Shown piece after piece: positions 41,464 through 54,202 of a stretch of 64,000 bases of DNA (its first letter is position 1; the number at the start of each line of letters is the position of its first letter). A program made the translations under genes and the position numbers. The notes beneath the pieces are model-generated. The model was given only the letters and a program-made list of their open reading frames with translations, had not been told where the DNA came from and searched no databases. The DNA lies in contig NMRA01000510.1 in the NCBI GenBank assembly GCA_002633005.1, positions 246,225-310,224 of the forward strand, in the 5' to 3' direction. Origin of the DNA: Phoronis australis (taxonomy: Eukaryota > Animalia > Phoronida).

Positions 41464-42374
41464 CAGACCTGTGTACCTTGTACAAAAAATGCGGGTTCTT
41501 ATTGAAATTGTATTGTACTACGCAAGACCAGGCAAAAATAAGCAAATTTTAACCTAAAAATGTGAGCTCCGAAGTAGAAACTCTGTCCGATTCATTCTAA
41601 ATATAGCTGGATAATGGACGAATCGCAAGGCTTCTATTGGTATTCATCATCACTGGCCTAAACTATATACAGTGACTTATGGGTTGGTGGATTGTTTATT
41701 TCATTGAATTCCGGCCATCTGTGGCTAAATGGTACTGTTGTCAAAATGGCAAAGCGTGAAAGGCTGCATATTCAGAGTTGAGAATAAAATGGCTTCTGAA
41801 AGAAGGGAACATTGTTGTTTTCCACATTATTTCGATGATTAGGAGTGTCTTATGGAAGGGGCCGTCGAATTCATAATGCAAGATGTGCAGCAGTTGAGAC
41901 TTTTTGACAGGCAGTACGCTTGCAATGAACAATTATTCCAAAGTTTAGTGAATAGTTGACGTGTCGTCTGGTGTAAAACATGGTCCAGTGCAGAGTCATG
42001 AACACTTTTTGCAGACAAGTTTTTGGTTTAAGAAACGAGCATAACTAGTGAAGCAAGGAACTAATAGTTGTGTATCTGACTTATCACGATTGACGGTATA
42101 CATTAACATTGCGTCATGTATGAACATAATTGTTCTAAGTTCAGTAAGGAACCTTTCTGTTGATTAACCGGATCTTTTCGGTAGTGCAAGCACAGCTTGC
42201 CAACTAAACCTTAGAGAAATCTGAAAATTGGTATGTAGCAGGGAAAAGTACCAGCTAAACACTGTTTCAATAGGCTAACATGCTGAAAAGTTTGAATTTT
42301 TGATGTTTACTAAAGAAATCTTCAAATCTGGTGTCTAAAGTACTCTAATGCAGTTTTGGTGGTACACAGGTCTG
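41464..42374. mobile_element. hAT-like element with apparent 6-bp TSD
   Basis: TGTTCG|CAGACCTGTGTACC...GGTACACAGGTCTG|TGTTCA; homologous to 52711-53480. Confidence 0.8.
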
Positions 42375-42499
42375 TGTTCATGTGTTTAATCTGCAGGATG
42401 TTATGTCTGAAGCTTACACTAAGATAGATAATTCAGGTTGACTGTTAAGATAATTGCTCTGTTGTATTGTTCACGCAGTAGTGGAATTGTCCTGGTGTC

Positions 42500-42586
42500 G
42501 AGGCTATCGGTTACTTGCCCGTTATAGTGGCTGTGATGTGTGAACATTGGTTCGTATCACAGCCCAGCTATGACGAGCTGGTGGCT
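42500..42586 (+). ncRNA. mir-2: pre-miR-2 copy 3 (mature from 42555)
   Basis: TATCACAGCCCAGCTATGACGAGC with 5' arm cgttatagtggctgtgatgtg. Confidence 0.88.
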
Positions 42587-43444
42587 GGACTATGTCCGCT
42601 AGCATGACACCTGCGACGGGATGTTGTGTCCATTACCGAAGTGTGGGTTCTGAACCTATGGGAATACTTCACAACTAGGTCCGACTTTTAGACAGTGTGT
42701 ACCCAGTCATCTGTTACTGTCTCCTTTACTTGTAATAGTGGCGGAAGTACTTTATAAACCCTTTCTTGGTTTTAAGGCTTTGTTGGTGTTCAAATTTTAA
42801 TGGTATCTTCCCTTGCTGAAGTTGCTATATTGTTGGTTGAAGGTGTGCTTCAGCTCTCTGGTCACCCTTTTAGCTGAAGCCCTTGTTGAGTTGTAGTGTC
42901 TTACGACATTGTTCATCTTGTAAACAACAGTCGATATTCAGTTTACTGATGTTCTGGTCGGGTCCACAACTTGAGCTGGAGCATCTTGTCCTGTTCTGCC
43001 AAGCATCCCTACTACGCAGCGTACGCCATGCGGCAGATGTGACACACAAACGATTAGAGGCATCCCTATGTAACTTAGCAAGCGAACTGTTGTCATTACT
43101 TCCGCTTTGTCTGCACATTTGTGTGCATACTGCAGCTTACTTAGGGGCAAGTTGAGAACGCGTTCCCTGTCTCAAAGAGTTGAAAAGTGGGGTCAAGTTG
43201 TCGCACTTTTGTCGTGTTGCCCAAACACAAGGAGTGTCCACACACTACTCAACCTGGCAACCTCGTGCCTCTTGTAACTCATAGTGTGGACGATGCTATA
43301 GATTGCCATCTTTTGTTGTTGCAGTGAACTAATGTGAATTCTCCAGGTAATGATTTCCCACGCCTTCCATGCTGAAATGAATTCAATTTCAGTTTACCCA
43401 CAAAATGCTTTAAGCCATTGGTGAATGCGAGTGGCCAGTTGTTG

Positions 43445-43530
43445 CGCGCTGTAGTCGGGTCGTTAAAGTGGCTGTGATGTGCTATCACTCATGACATATC
43501 ACAGCCTGCTTTGACGAGTTGACAGGCACG
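43445..43530 (+). ncRNA. mir-2: pre-miR-2 copy 4 (mature from 43497)
   Basis: TATCACAGCCTGCTTTGACGAG with 5' arm tcgttaaagtggctgtgatgtg. Confidence 0.93.
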
Positions 43531-44459
43531 ATTTATCCTCTTGACCAAAGCACTAGTCAGATCACACCTTGGGCTGTTGGGCTTACGGTGTTTTCGTGGC
43601 AGAATTGAGCACGAGCACGTTTTCTTTTTCTCCTCTTGGTTTGCTTTTTGTTTCCTGTAACATTTCAATGCAGCCTTAGCATAGTATCTAACATTTACAT
43701 ATTGTTACATTGTCGCCCTGGGTTTGACGTCATGGCTAGGTTGGTAGAAATGTCAAGGCTTTGTCTCAAGGATGGCCTGCACATTTGGGTTTGAGAGTAT
43801 CGTTCTCTTGCAGTCAGTTATACTGTGCCTGGCAATTATTGTTGTGAGAATTTTATGTCCCTCGAAAGGTTATTCACTCCATTATGTTGGAAACCTCAGG
43901 CCTGCTTTGATGTGTAATGGTGATTAGCCCATCAGAAATTGATTTTTCAGATTTGTTTATTATAATCTTTGTAGTCTGAAAAGGGTGTCTTATTTTCAAA
44001 TTTTTGGAACTTGCATCGGTATGGGTTGTACTTTTAGCAGTTTTCTGAAGAAATGCTGTCAATTTGTGATGACTTGTGGTTTAACTTGTTTACCCACCAT
44101 AAATATGCAAAGAAGGTTTTATGAAGGCGATGGTCCACTTGTTATGTCTAGTCCAATCAAAGGTTAAAGGGTTATGAGAACAAATATTCCTTAATGTCAA
44201 ATTTTACTGGCTCTGTAAATGGTGTGTTATTTCATTCAACTATCAATAATTTCTGGGTTATTATAGAAAACAAGTGTTTTTTTTTTTTAAGTTTGCTTTT
44301 GGCAATCAGATGGAAAATACTGTGATACGGTTGATGCGATGTGTTTTGAATCTAACAGCCAATGAATTACTGTTGGTCGTTTTGAAATGTTTATTTTCAT
44401 TTTTGTTGGGTTTCTCTTCAAGTAGCATTTGGCATTAGTTATACTATCAAGAATGGTGT

Positions 44460-44620
44460 TGATGGTTGAGAAAGCCTTACTGCTTCATTGCGATGCGGTG
44501 CTGGTTGAGAAACCTTATATAACACCATCAGAGTGTTGAAGGTGATGCGGTGCTGGTTGAGAAACCTGATATAACACCATCAGACTGATGAAGGTGATGC
44601 GGTGCTGGTTGAGAAAGTCT
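44460..44620. repeat. About 47-bp degenerate tandem repeat abutting miR-2 copy 5
   Basis: gatgcggtgctggttgagaaa...aacaccatcaga x3-4. Confidence 0.8.
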
Positions 44621-44691
44621 TGTAGCGCCATCAGAGTGGTGGTGATGTGTTCTATGCTTCATATCACAGCCTGCTTTGATGAGTGCTGCAG
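44620..44691 (+). ncRNA. mir-2: pre-miR-2 copy 5 (mature from 44662)
   Basis: TATCACAGCCTGCTTTGATGAG with 5' arm gccatcagagtggtggtgatgtg. Confidence 0.92.
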
Positions 44692-44867
44692 CGCTACGTT
44701 TTCTGCTGTTACAATCCCTGCGTACTTTTCTGGCCATTGTTCTTGGTGTGTGCTTCTGTGGTTCATTATCGTGTTGGTGTGTACTCGGGTGAAATGTCCA
44801 CACCATGGAAAGTAATGGAGCAACTACAGATTGGCTTTGAGGTGTGTTTTGCAAAGCAAATGGATGC

Positions 44868-44939
44868 GTTGAACTTTGTCAAAGTGGCTGTGATGTGTTG
44901 TGATTGCTCATATCACAGCCTGCTTTGATGAGTTTCAAC
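44868..44939 (+). ncRNA. mir-2: pre-miR-2 copy 6 (mature from 44911)
   Basis: TATCACAGCCTGCTTTGATGAG with 5' arm ttgtcaaagtggctgtgatgtg. Confidence 0.94.
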
Positions 44940-45599
44940 TAGCCCATTCTCACTGGTTCTTTGGGTTTTTTACTTCAAGTTTCATGGGAATTTGTGTCTC
45001 TTGGGTGGGTGTCTTTACTTTCCAATTGCAGTTTTGTTGTCTGTTATCAGGGAAGTAATTTATCAATAGGCCGTTTAAGGCTGTGAATACTGTCATCATC
45101 AAGTGTTAAGTGGGGTGCAAGCCTGTGAGTGAAGATGTTGATGTATAATGCCGTCTAAGTTCCAGTTTCTCAACAAATTGTTCTGTCCCCTCCTTATGGA
45201 CCGTTTATGTGACCACTGTCGACTAATACGGTCATAACGTTGATCAATATTTCTTACGCTGTAAAGTAAATGTGTACGCATTTGTTGGGCTTGATTAAAA
45301 ACTTCCAAGCTCATTTGGTGAGCTATTTCAGTATGTAATGGTGATGAATAACTGGGTACTCAGTAGGTGGTGCTGATAAAGAAAGGAACTCTTCTATCAA
45401 CTGAACTGACGACTAGGCTGTAAACCAGCGTTTTTTCTTGTAATGTATGCCAAAGTCTTGTGTGTTCTTATGTATTACCGAGTTTATACCGTCTACTCAA
45501 CACTACATTGGGTGCATGTGTTTCTGCATGTGGACTCTGATATGAATCTAGAGTTGGTCGTTCATGGGTTCAGATTACTGTGAGCACAAATTCAAACAT

Positions 45600-45909
45600 C
45601 AGGGTTTCCCCTGCACGTAAACTTCTGGGCGGCCTGCCACGCTCCTTTTTGGCCCCACCACTCGTAAATCATACTCAAATTGACCGCCACACACCTAGTC
45701 GTGACGTGGAAACTTCACCGCCAAACAAAAATCGCTAGTAAAAATGATCGCCATGTTCCGCTCCCGCGTCGAGCATTCACCGCCATGCTCCTTTTGAAAC
45801 CCAGCTAATAGGGGGATCCCATTTCTCATGTTCGCATGCGGCAACGGGCTTTGCACCCTGTTTTGGCCATTCACCACCACGCTCCTTGCAAAACCCAGAG
45901 GAAACACTG
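45600..45909. mobile_element. hAT-like MITE with 5-bp TSD
   Basis: AACAT|CAGGGTTTCCCC...GAGGAAACACTG|AACAT. Confidence 0.75.
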
Positions 45910-46342
45910 AACATGATACAAATTCTGCACTGTGTTTTTACATCCTAATTTTCTTTCTATTCAGAAAACAAAGAATAAGTTACACATTATTTTCGCTTCG
46001 TGGAAATGTCACTGTCATTTTCATTGCAAAATAATGCAACACAATTCTAATGTCTTGTAATTCTGGCTTTTTAAACATTGCTAACAATTTAAACATGGCT
46101 TGGTTCTTTTCAAACATGGCTCGAGATTTCCGAACATTTTGCAGCACAATGTTTGGATGCATGCGGGGAGAACAGTTGGGATTGTCAGCAGTTACTTTTT
46201 GTACATGCATCGATCTAGTGTTTTTCCTAGTTGGCATGCTGAGTGAACATATTGCATGCAGCTCTTGTTGAATGTTTCTATGTGCAGTGTGAGTCAAGAC
46301 CTGTTGTGGCAGTGCATTCATGTCATTTGTTATCTATTTCAG

Positions 46343-46447
46343 TTGATGAGTAAGATGACGCCGCTGATTGGCAAGGACATCACAGAAAGGCTCTTCCTGC
46401 CTAGATTTGCTCACCTGTGCTCGGATACTTTGTTCCATGTTCGAAAA
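46343..46447 (+). CDS. PPP4R1: PPP4R1 exon
   Basis: LMSKMTPLIGKDITERLFLPRFAHLCSDTLFHVRK. Confidence 0.96.
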
Positions 46448-48504
46448 GTGGGTTTAATATGTTGCGGATACGTGTTCCCTAAGATATATTTTTTTTTAAA
46501 CTAGAAGTCTGACGAATCTGTTAGAACCATTCACAACACCTTAAGCATGTTCTATTAAATTTAAATGAAATGCTGAAGAGGCGTTTTTGGTGTTTTTGTG
46601 GCTCGAAATAATTTTATGATCAAGAAATGCTCTTGGTACTGAGCACTTTAAAAAAACCACGACTTGATCTTAAAATCAAATATAAGGATGTGAATGGGAA
46701 CAATTTTCATACTTAAAAACTGTACTGTCAGGTCATACAAGTACTGCTAAAATCTGCATTCTCTTTGTGAAGATAGTGTATTCCAAGGCTTGGAATTTTC
46801 CATTTAAACGTGGATTTCTGCTTTTTTCTATTATTCCCTCCGCGCATTTTTGTTATAATCCTGCGGGAAAAATCAGATCTGCCATAAAATATCCGCCGCA
46901 AATTGGTCTGTGACGTTGCCGATGACTCGAAAAGTGGAAACTGCTCTTTATGTTTCGGAGAAACGAAAATCGTAATTGCCAAGGCTTATGAGATAGTGTG
47001 GTCATCAATGGCATCTGCACATGGTATTAAATCGCGGTGACAAATGGTGCGATTCCACGGCCAAAAATGCGTGGAGCTTGGAGTACACAGAATATTTTGT
47101 AGAAAAATTGGATAAAAGAAACGGCCAATGTGTTCGCAAACGGCACAAGTCGGGGTTTGCGCGCTGTAAACTTTGACAGAGGGACAATTACGGCATGTGT
47201 GGCCGAATCGCGGAGGACCACCTGAAAACGATGAAACACATGAAAGAAAATGCTTTGTGAAACGAAATTCAACCGTAACTGGTAATTCGTTGGATTGGAA
47301 TGGGGGGGGATTGAGTGATGTATGAAATTCTTTTGTTTGATCCCACGTGCCTGCAGTTGCCAAATTGGCTGCTAAGTCTGAGTCCGATATTCCATGTGCC
47401 GCCGAAACGGGCTACAAAGTGCTGTTTTCGTTACTGCAAATGTGTTTTAAATCGCCGTTGATGTATTCCAATTTATTTTTGATGTTTTTCATGTTTTGTT
47501 AAAAAGTCTTATTTTGACTCACTCTAGTTTTGCGGCTCGAGAGAAATGGGCTCGTGACAGGTTCTGAATGATCTGATTGGTCTAAGCCAGTGTTTACAAA
47601 TTCTGCTAGCCTATTTTGAGTGTCCTTGAAGTCATTTGTTATGTCACACAGTTTGGCCAACTTAGGATTGTTGATGTTTTTCTGTAGTTCAAAGTACGTA
47701 GTTTTTTACTTTCATTTTTCCATGCTAACAGTTAGGGTATGAGCCACTAGTTTTCGTCTTTACTTTTTTCCATTTGCGTTGGAATTGATTCAATGTTTTG
47801 TTGGAATTATATGGGTATGCATTTCAGGCTTTCCAGATAATCTCTGGATCGATTTTCAAAAAAAATTTTATCGTAATTGTAAAAACTTAAAATGATTTTA
47901 TAGGTCTCCCTGCAGCAAATCAAGAATAGCTTCTGTCACTTTCACTGCAAATTTTGCATCATCTTTATTATTTTAATTTAAAAAAATGTCTTCTGTTTCG
48001 TCTAATTGCCTTCATTATTGTTGCTGAAATAGATATCAGGGAACTGCTTAAGATGAGTAGTTTTTGCCAACACAACGAAGTTACTGGGCATCTTGTGATA
48101 ATAATGTTTACTTTCGATCTGTTGAGATATGGTTGTTTAGATTGCAATGTGTATTTGGGGCAGTAAAAAACTTCCTCTTTTTTGTCATGGGTCATTCCAA
48201 GCCCTGGTGCTATTGACCAGAAAACAGAGACTGCAGTGAAATTTATTTGAAATCGTCGCATCCTGTTTCCCGCATGCACAGCCATTGTATATTAAACAGA
48301 CCTTTTGACAAATAGGGGTTCGCCTTGGGATTGTATCTAGCCTTATCTCTAACAGGATAAGTGCCAAAAGTTTACCCTTGCTGTATGATTTTTTGTACTT
48401 GCGGAAATTGTGATTTGTGTTGTTTTAATACGAATGTTTTGATTTGCTTGAATGATGATCTAATTCTTCTGGAAGTGAAAACTGTTGTATCTGTTTTTCC
48501 ACAG

Positions 48505-48570
48505 GTTTGTGCTGCTAACTTTGGTGATATGTGCTCAGTAGTGGGTAGTCAGCTGACGGAAGATGTACTG
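48505..48570 (+). CDS. PPP4R1: PPP4R1 exon
   Basis: VCAANFGDMCSVVGSQLTEDVL|gtaagt. Confidence 0.96.
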
Positions 48571-49103
48571 GTAAGTTGTCCTTGTGGCTGTGTAACCAGG
48601 AAAAGGGAGAGCCCAAGTTACGCCAAGTCTTGGTCGAGCTATGGTGTATGTCTTTGAGTTGGTTTGGGGAAACATTGAATGTACTCATTTCCTTTTTTTG
48701 TGCATCAACAAAGCTTTGTAAACCCTCATATTGGGAGACGGCAGTCTTCAGTCTTGGGTTTTGGTTAGTTTTGATGAAAAGCCAGTGTTGATGGGGTGTT
48801 ATTCTCGGAGCAGCAGAAAATCTGGTGACAAGTTTTTTTTTTTGAAAAACCTGACATTTTCTCATTGGGTCCGAACATGATGGGAAATTTGCACCTATTT
48901 CCTTTCAGATTAATGTCCAGCAATCTTTAATTGAGAAATATAAAACCAATTGGCGGTGGTTTGCCAAGTAATCTAACCTGATGGGTTATTGCCAGTGAAA
49001 TCCGAAAATTCAGTGTGATGTGTCAAGTCGTATGTGGGAATTGTGGGTTAACGCGGATTGTGTGGTATCTAGGTGACATGTACTTTAAATCTCTTCGTTG
49101 CAG

Positions 49104-49381
49104 CTGATCAAGTTCTACAGTTTGTGTGAAGATGGCGTATGGGGTGTACGGAAAGCTTGCGCAGAGTGTTTCATGCAAGTATCTTGTGCCTGCTCCCAGG
49201 ACGTGAGACACGAACAGTTGGCTCGGCACTTTGTAGGCCTCCTCTGTGACCAGTCACGCTGGGTGCGCATGGCTGCCTTCCAGGCCCTGGGGCCGTTCAT
49301 CTCAACGTTCGCTGACATGGGCCACACAGGCCTGTACTTGAATGAGGATGGTGTATTGTGTATTCAGGAAAGGAGAGCCAG
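49104..49381 (+). CDS. PPP4R1: PPP4R1 exon (HEAT repeats)
   Basis: LCEDGVWGVRKACAECFMQVS...SRWVRMAAFQALGPFISTFA; the phase-2 end fits the next exon. Confidence 0.93.
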
Positions 49382-49541
49382 GTGTGCAATAACCTTGTGA
49401 ATCAACTTTCAAGGAGATGCTTAAGGTTGCGTAGAACCTTATCAAGAAGTCTGCATTTTACCAAATTTCTAAAAAAAATTATAGACATTAAATGTAAAAC
49501 TAAAAGTAAATTATTTCTGTAGGTTAAGAACATAGTCTACA

Positions 49542-50185
49542 TTTTTATGTGCCCACATATTTATATGTGGACGCATTATGCCGTCATCTGCGTCCGTCCG
49601 GCGTCCGCTGCTCTATCTCTGATGTATGCTCATGAAACTTTACACATGTGTTCCTTTCATGGATGGGACGGCATGAGCGAACTTTCGGGCGGATCCGAGT
49701 ACCGGTGTGCCCCCTAGTGGCAATTTTAGTTTCTTACGTTTACCGCTGTATCTTCAAAGGTCCTTAAGGTATTTTCATGAAATTTGGAAAAAGGCATCTA
49801 TTAGTGAGACGACAGTATCTTCACGTTTTCTGATGGATTCGACGTAGTTTGCCCCACCTTGTGGTCATTTTTATGCACCCACATACATGTGGACACATTA
49901 TGCCATCGTCTCCGTCTGGGCGTCGTCCATCCGGCGTCCGCTGCTCCAAAACCCTTTGACATACGTTCATGAAATTTGGCATATATGTTCCATTCATGAA
50001 TGAAACGGCATGAGCGAACTTTCGGACAGATTCAAGTACCGGTGTGCCCCCTAGTGGCAATTTTAGTTTTTTAACGCTTTGTATCTTCAAAAGTCCTGAA
50101 CGGATTTTGATGAAATTTGGTATGTAGGCACCTGTTAGTGAGATGACGCTATCCTCCCGTTTTTGGATGGATTCAACTTAGTTTG
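49542..50185 (+). mobile_element. Two tandem HINE family A copies
   Basis: ttttatg.gcccacata..tgtggac starts at about 49542 and 49867; gtcc microsatellite; gtgccccctagtggc cores. Confidence 0.75.
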
Positions 50186-50914
50186 CTCTGCAGATAAACA
50201 ATGTGTGGAGAATGAATCGGCAAAAATGCCTCTCACTGGCAAATGTAGCAGACTCCAAGATGAGCTGAATTTATGTCTAGATAAGTTGGTGCTAAATGAA
50301 AAAAAGTCTGATGGTTTGTATTTTATTTATTTATTTTTCATTTTAAGTGTCTTGTGTTAATTAGTAATTAAGTATGTAACTTGGGGGAGTGACGGCACTT
50401 GGGGAAACTTAGTCTCGTCCACAACTCAAGATGCTTTCTTGTTTCTAATACTAGTTCACCTGTTAACTTTAAAAACTTTCAAATGCAGTGAAATTGCATG
50501 GAGGTAGTTTTTCCTGTCTCAACTTGCACTGTGAAACGGCTTACCAGTGCACCTAATCCAATCATCAGTCTGTTGCTACCATTGGTACCTGTTTGAAGTG
50601 ACATCTGTGAATGAAGCTTGAAATTTCAGTTATGGCTTGGTATCATATGTCCCACTGTAGTTAAGCTTGTTCGCAGCTCTATATGGTGTCAATTTCCATG
50701 AAATATCAAAAACCTCATACTTAGAGAGACTTCCGCCATTGTAGCTTTGCAATGGACGTGGCCTGATTGCATTTGTTGGAACTGTCCATTTGCATGAATT
50801 GTTTTCCGAAAGCATTTACGCAAAGCAACATTTTCCTATTCTTTGCTGTTGATCAAAAGATTATGTAGTGTAGGCTGTATTGCATCTGTGCTTGATTTGG
50901 TGTCTTCTTTACAG

Positions 50915-51759
50915 GGGAGATAAGCCAACAAGTGAACCAAGTGCTAGTGAACAGGAAGTGCAATATTCCCTCAATGCCGGCGATTCTGACTGTGATAAAG
51001 ACGATCCCAAAGAGGGTGCTAACGAATCGAACAAACACTTAACAGACATGGACATAGATAGCATAGAAAGCACGGAGGTGGATAGTTTAGCATCAGATAC
51101 TAGTGCTCCTCGAGTAGATATTTCGTTTGAGGAATTGCGTGCGCAGAATTACACGAACATGGATTTGGAGGATCAGTGGAGCATGGTTTCCACTCGGGGA
51201 TCTGAGGCTAATTTAAAGGATTTTGATGTAGACAACGGAGTAACGGAATCAAAACAGTGTGAGGGTGGTGTGTCGGAGGATACTTGTGAGGCTGAGAGTA
51301 GAACAAATCAAACTAGTGCAGATAGTAATGATAAAAGTCTTTGCTCATCTGGAGAGGCCAGTGACATCAGTGGGGAGACGGGGCAGGGTGATGCAACCCA
51401 GCCTGCAGTGACAATTGATGACTTTAATGCGTTCAACTACTGGCGCACTCCGCTACCTGTGATAAACTTGGAAGAGATTGTCGACGACAAACCCTGTGAT
51501 ACGTATCTGCCAGGTGACGAAGCAAGTGCTGTGGTGTCCCAATACGATGACATCACCGCCCACCTGGACTCGCTGGCCCAGACATTAGAGTCGCAAGCTG
51601 TCTCCGAAGGGGATGACAACCTGCCAGTAACCATCCACACGGCCAGTGAGAGTCTAGTTAATGAAGAAGTGGAAACTGTACGCAACATTGGCAGTACACA
51701 TGTGGTGGGACAGAGCCTGGACGAGACACTATTGACTGTGGTCAATGGACAGGTGAAGG
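50915..51759 (+). CDS. PPP4R1: PPP4R1 large exon (acidic linker)
   Basis: 845-nt exon with conserved FNAFNYWRTPLP; phases match both neighbours. Confidence 0.92.
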
Positions 51760-52043
51760 GTAAGTGCTGTCTCAACAGGGAGCGATGGTTCTCTTAAGTA
51801 TGAGTTGAACTGGTTTCTGGAAGTTTTCCAAAAGTTGGATATAAAGAAGTTAAAGTTAATGGCTGCGGGCTTGAGTAGTACTCCAGCCTCAACTTTGCTT
51901 GTGATAGTCATCTGTCATAATGCTACAGGTTTTTATAATGTGACCAATTCAAATCTACCTAGACGAAGTAGCGTGGTAAGCCGATCTATGCGTTATTTGT
52001 GGATATTCTTGATGTCTCGATTATTGGCGTGTTTTTCCTTCAG

Positions 52044-52153
52044 ATGTTAATCCATCTTTGAGTTACTATGATGTTGACTCGCCACTGGATTCACCGCCAC
52101 CAGAGTTCAGGGCATCCTTGTCACCGCAGCCTCCTCTTGGAGCAGAGGAGCAG
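52044..52153 (+). CDS. PPP4R1: PPP4R1 exon
   Basis: ccttcag|DVNPSLSYYDVDSPLDSPPPEFRASLSPQPPLGAEEQ|gtgggt; restores the frame from phase 1 to 0. Confidence 0.85.
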
Positions 52154-52452
52154 GTGGGTAGTGTTCCAGACATATTGCTTTTGGTGTACAACTTGGCAGG
52201 CTCGTAGATTCTTGAACAGTCAATAGTGACATAACTATTTAGCTTCTGATCTGAGAAAAGTTGAGACCATTTTTTTAGTATACCGGTTTATTGTCTGGTT
52301 TGTAATTTAATGTTTTTGACATGGAAAATTGAGACTTGCAGTTGCATCTGAATATGAATTTTTGTTTGATTTTCGGCACGGTTATGAGTAAACTATAAGA
52401 CTAAGACATTATTTTGTGAATTTCGTGGTAAACTATTGTCTCCCCTGACTAG

Positions 52453-52638
52453 GACGTGATCCCGCAGGCGCTGCTAGAGAACTACCTCAGTATGATTGAC
52501 CCATCACGTGCCCAGACTGTGGACACGGACATCGTACGCCACTGTGCCTACAGCTTCCCTGCAGTAGCATACACACTTGGCAATAGTTACTGGTACTGTC
52601 TCAAGTCTCTCTATGAAACTCTTGCTGGTGACATGCAG
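52453..52638 (+). CDS. PPP4R1: PPP4R1 exon
   Basis: DVIPQALLENYLSMIDPSRAQTVDTDIVRHCAYSFPAVAYTLG...LAGDMQ. Confidence 0.96.
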
Positions 52639-52710
52639 GTAAGCTGGTCTATCTTTGGTTACTGTCATTGCTTATGATACAAGTAGAGCTGCACACTGTT
52701 TAGAATAGAA

Positions 52711-53480
52711 CAGACCTGTGTGCCATACGCAAAAAAAATCCGGATTCGTACTGAAATCAAGTCTCCAGCCACCGGGCAAAAATACGCAAATTCAAAAGAG
52801 ATTATTAATTGGTTTTTTCTCAATAAATATGTAGTCAAAACGGACGAGGAAGAAGATTTCAAAGTTAGAAATAAAAAGTATTGTAAAATCATCATTATGG
52901 CCAAAAAGTTGAGCTACAAACTCGGAAAACTTACTTCGTTTCATTCTCGAAATAGCCCGATAATCGGCGAATCGCAAGGCCTCTTCTATTGGTATGTGTC
53001 TCACAAGCCTAACCTATAAGTAACGACTTCTGTGATTTGTGGATTGCTTACTTCGTCTAATGCCGGCTATTTACGGTTAAATATATACTGTTGACAAAAT
53101 GACAAAACATTAATGGTGGCATATTCCTTGCTGTGAAGAAAGTAGCTTCTGAAAGAAGGGAACGTCTGTTTTTGCCACGTTATTCCAAAGAATGACAATG
53201 TCTTATTCAAGGGACCGTGGAATTTAAAGTGGGCAAAAGGACCTGAGGGAAACCAAAAGTCCGAGAAAACGAGACAAAAGTCCACTAAAAAGGCAAGAAT
53301 TCGGCGAAAGCTCTGAACGCAGAGCAAACCCTTTTTTTAGTGAAAGGCCCAGAAAAATTCACAACCCTCCAATATTTTAGGTAAATTTGATCTGTACGTA
53401 AAAATCTACATATTTACTGAAAAATCTGCAAATCTGGTGTCCAGAGTATTCCAATGCAGTTTTGGTGGTACACAGGTCTG
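52711..53480. mobile_element. hAT-like element with apparent 6-bp TSD
   Basis: ATAGAA|CAGACCTGTGTGCC...GGTACACAGGTCTG|ATGGAA. Confidence 0.8.
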
Positions 53481-54202
53481 ATGGAATTCCAGATAAAATT
53501 CAATATTGATGTTTTCTTATTGGTACAATAGTTCAAAGGTGCTGTTAGCAATACTTGTAAGAACTTGAGAATGTTAATCCCACACGAAAAATTGATGGTG
53601 AGCAAAGAGCATTTCCCCCTCGATCAAAAAGTAGGCAGAGGTACCTTTGTTGGATGATTGAAGGCTGTTTGTGTGTGCCATTTGCAAACCCAGTTTGCAT
53701 GTAGTTTCTGGTTTTGGTGTATTCTTTCTAAACATTTGGGGCAATGAGTTGACGATGGCCAATCATGAGATGTTTGTGAATTGACTTGGAAAGCCGACTT
53801 GACTTGGCGAAGTGTTTAAATCTTGCTTGCATGAATTTGTGTGGCTCTTGAAAGATATTCAAGAACTCTGCATATTTGATGTTGGTGTGTTGTTCTCATC
53901 TCTGTCTAGGAGTACAGCATCCCACTGTTGTGTCCCCTAAACCCTCTCAAGATCGTTACGTTCATGTGAAGTTCACAATGGATGACTGTTTTTGGATTGT
54001 GCTTGGATGTGTCCGCTAAAGGCAATTTTAGTTTTTGACATATGGCATCCCCTGTCAAAATCTACCAGGCTGTCCTTCTGAACCACCCTTAGGAATATGT
54101 TTTAGAACACACAATGTAGGATGAAATACAAATTAGAGCACTCTTTGTACCACCCTTTAGTTGTAAGGTGTCTACTTAGGTCAGTGGCTGATTCTGTTTT
54201 AG

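Noticed and set aside
42660-42755. miR-1994-like 11-mer or H/ACA-like stem
   Set aside because: The match is partial, on the wrong arm, and the stem has a large internal loop
39390-44932. Repeated hairpin plus TTTGATGAG read as hammerhead ribozymes or a CRISPR-like array
   Set aside because: No CUGAUGA/GAAA core geometry and irregular spacing; the sequences match mature miR-2
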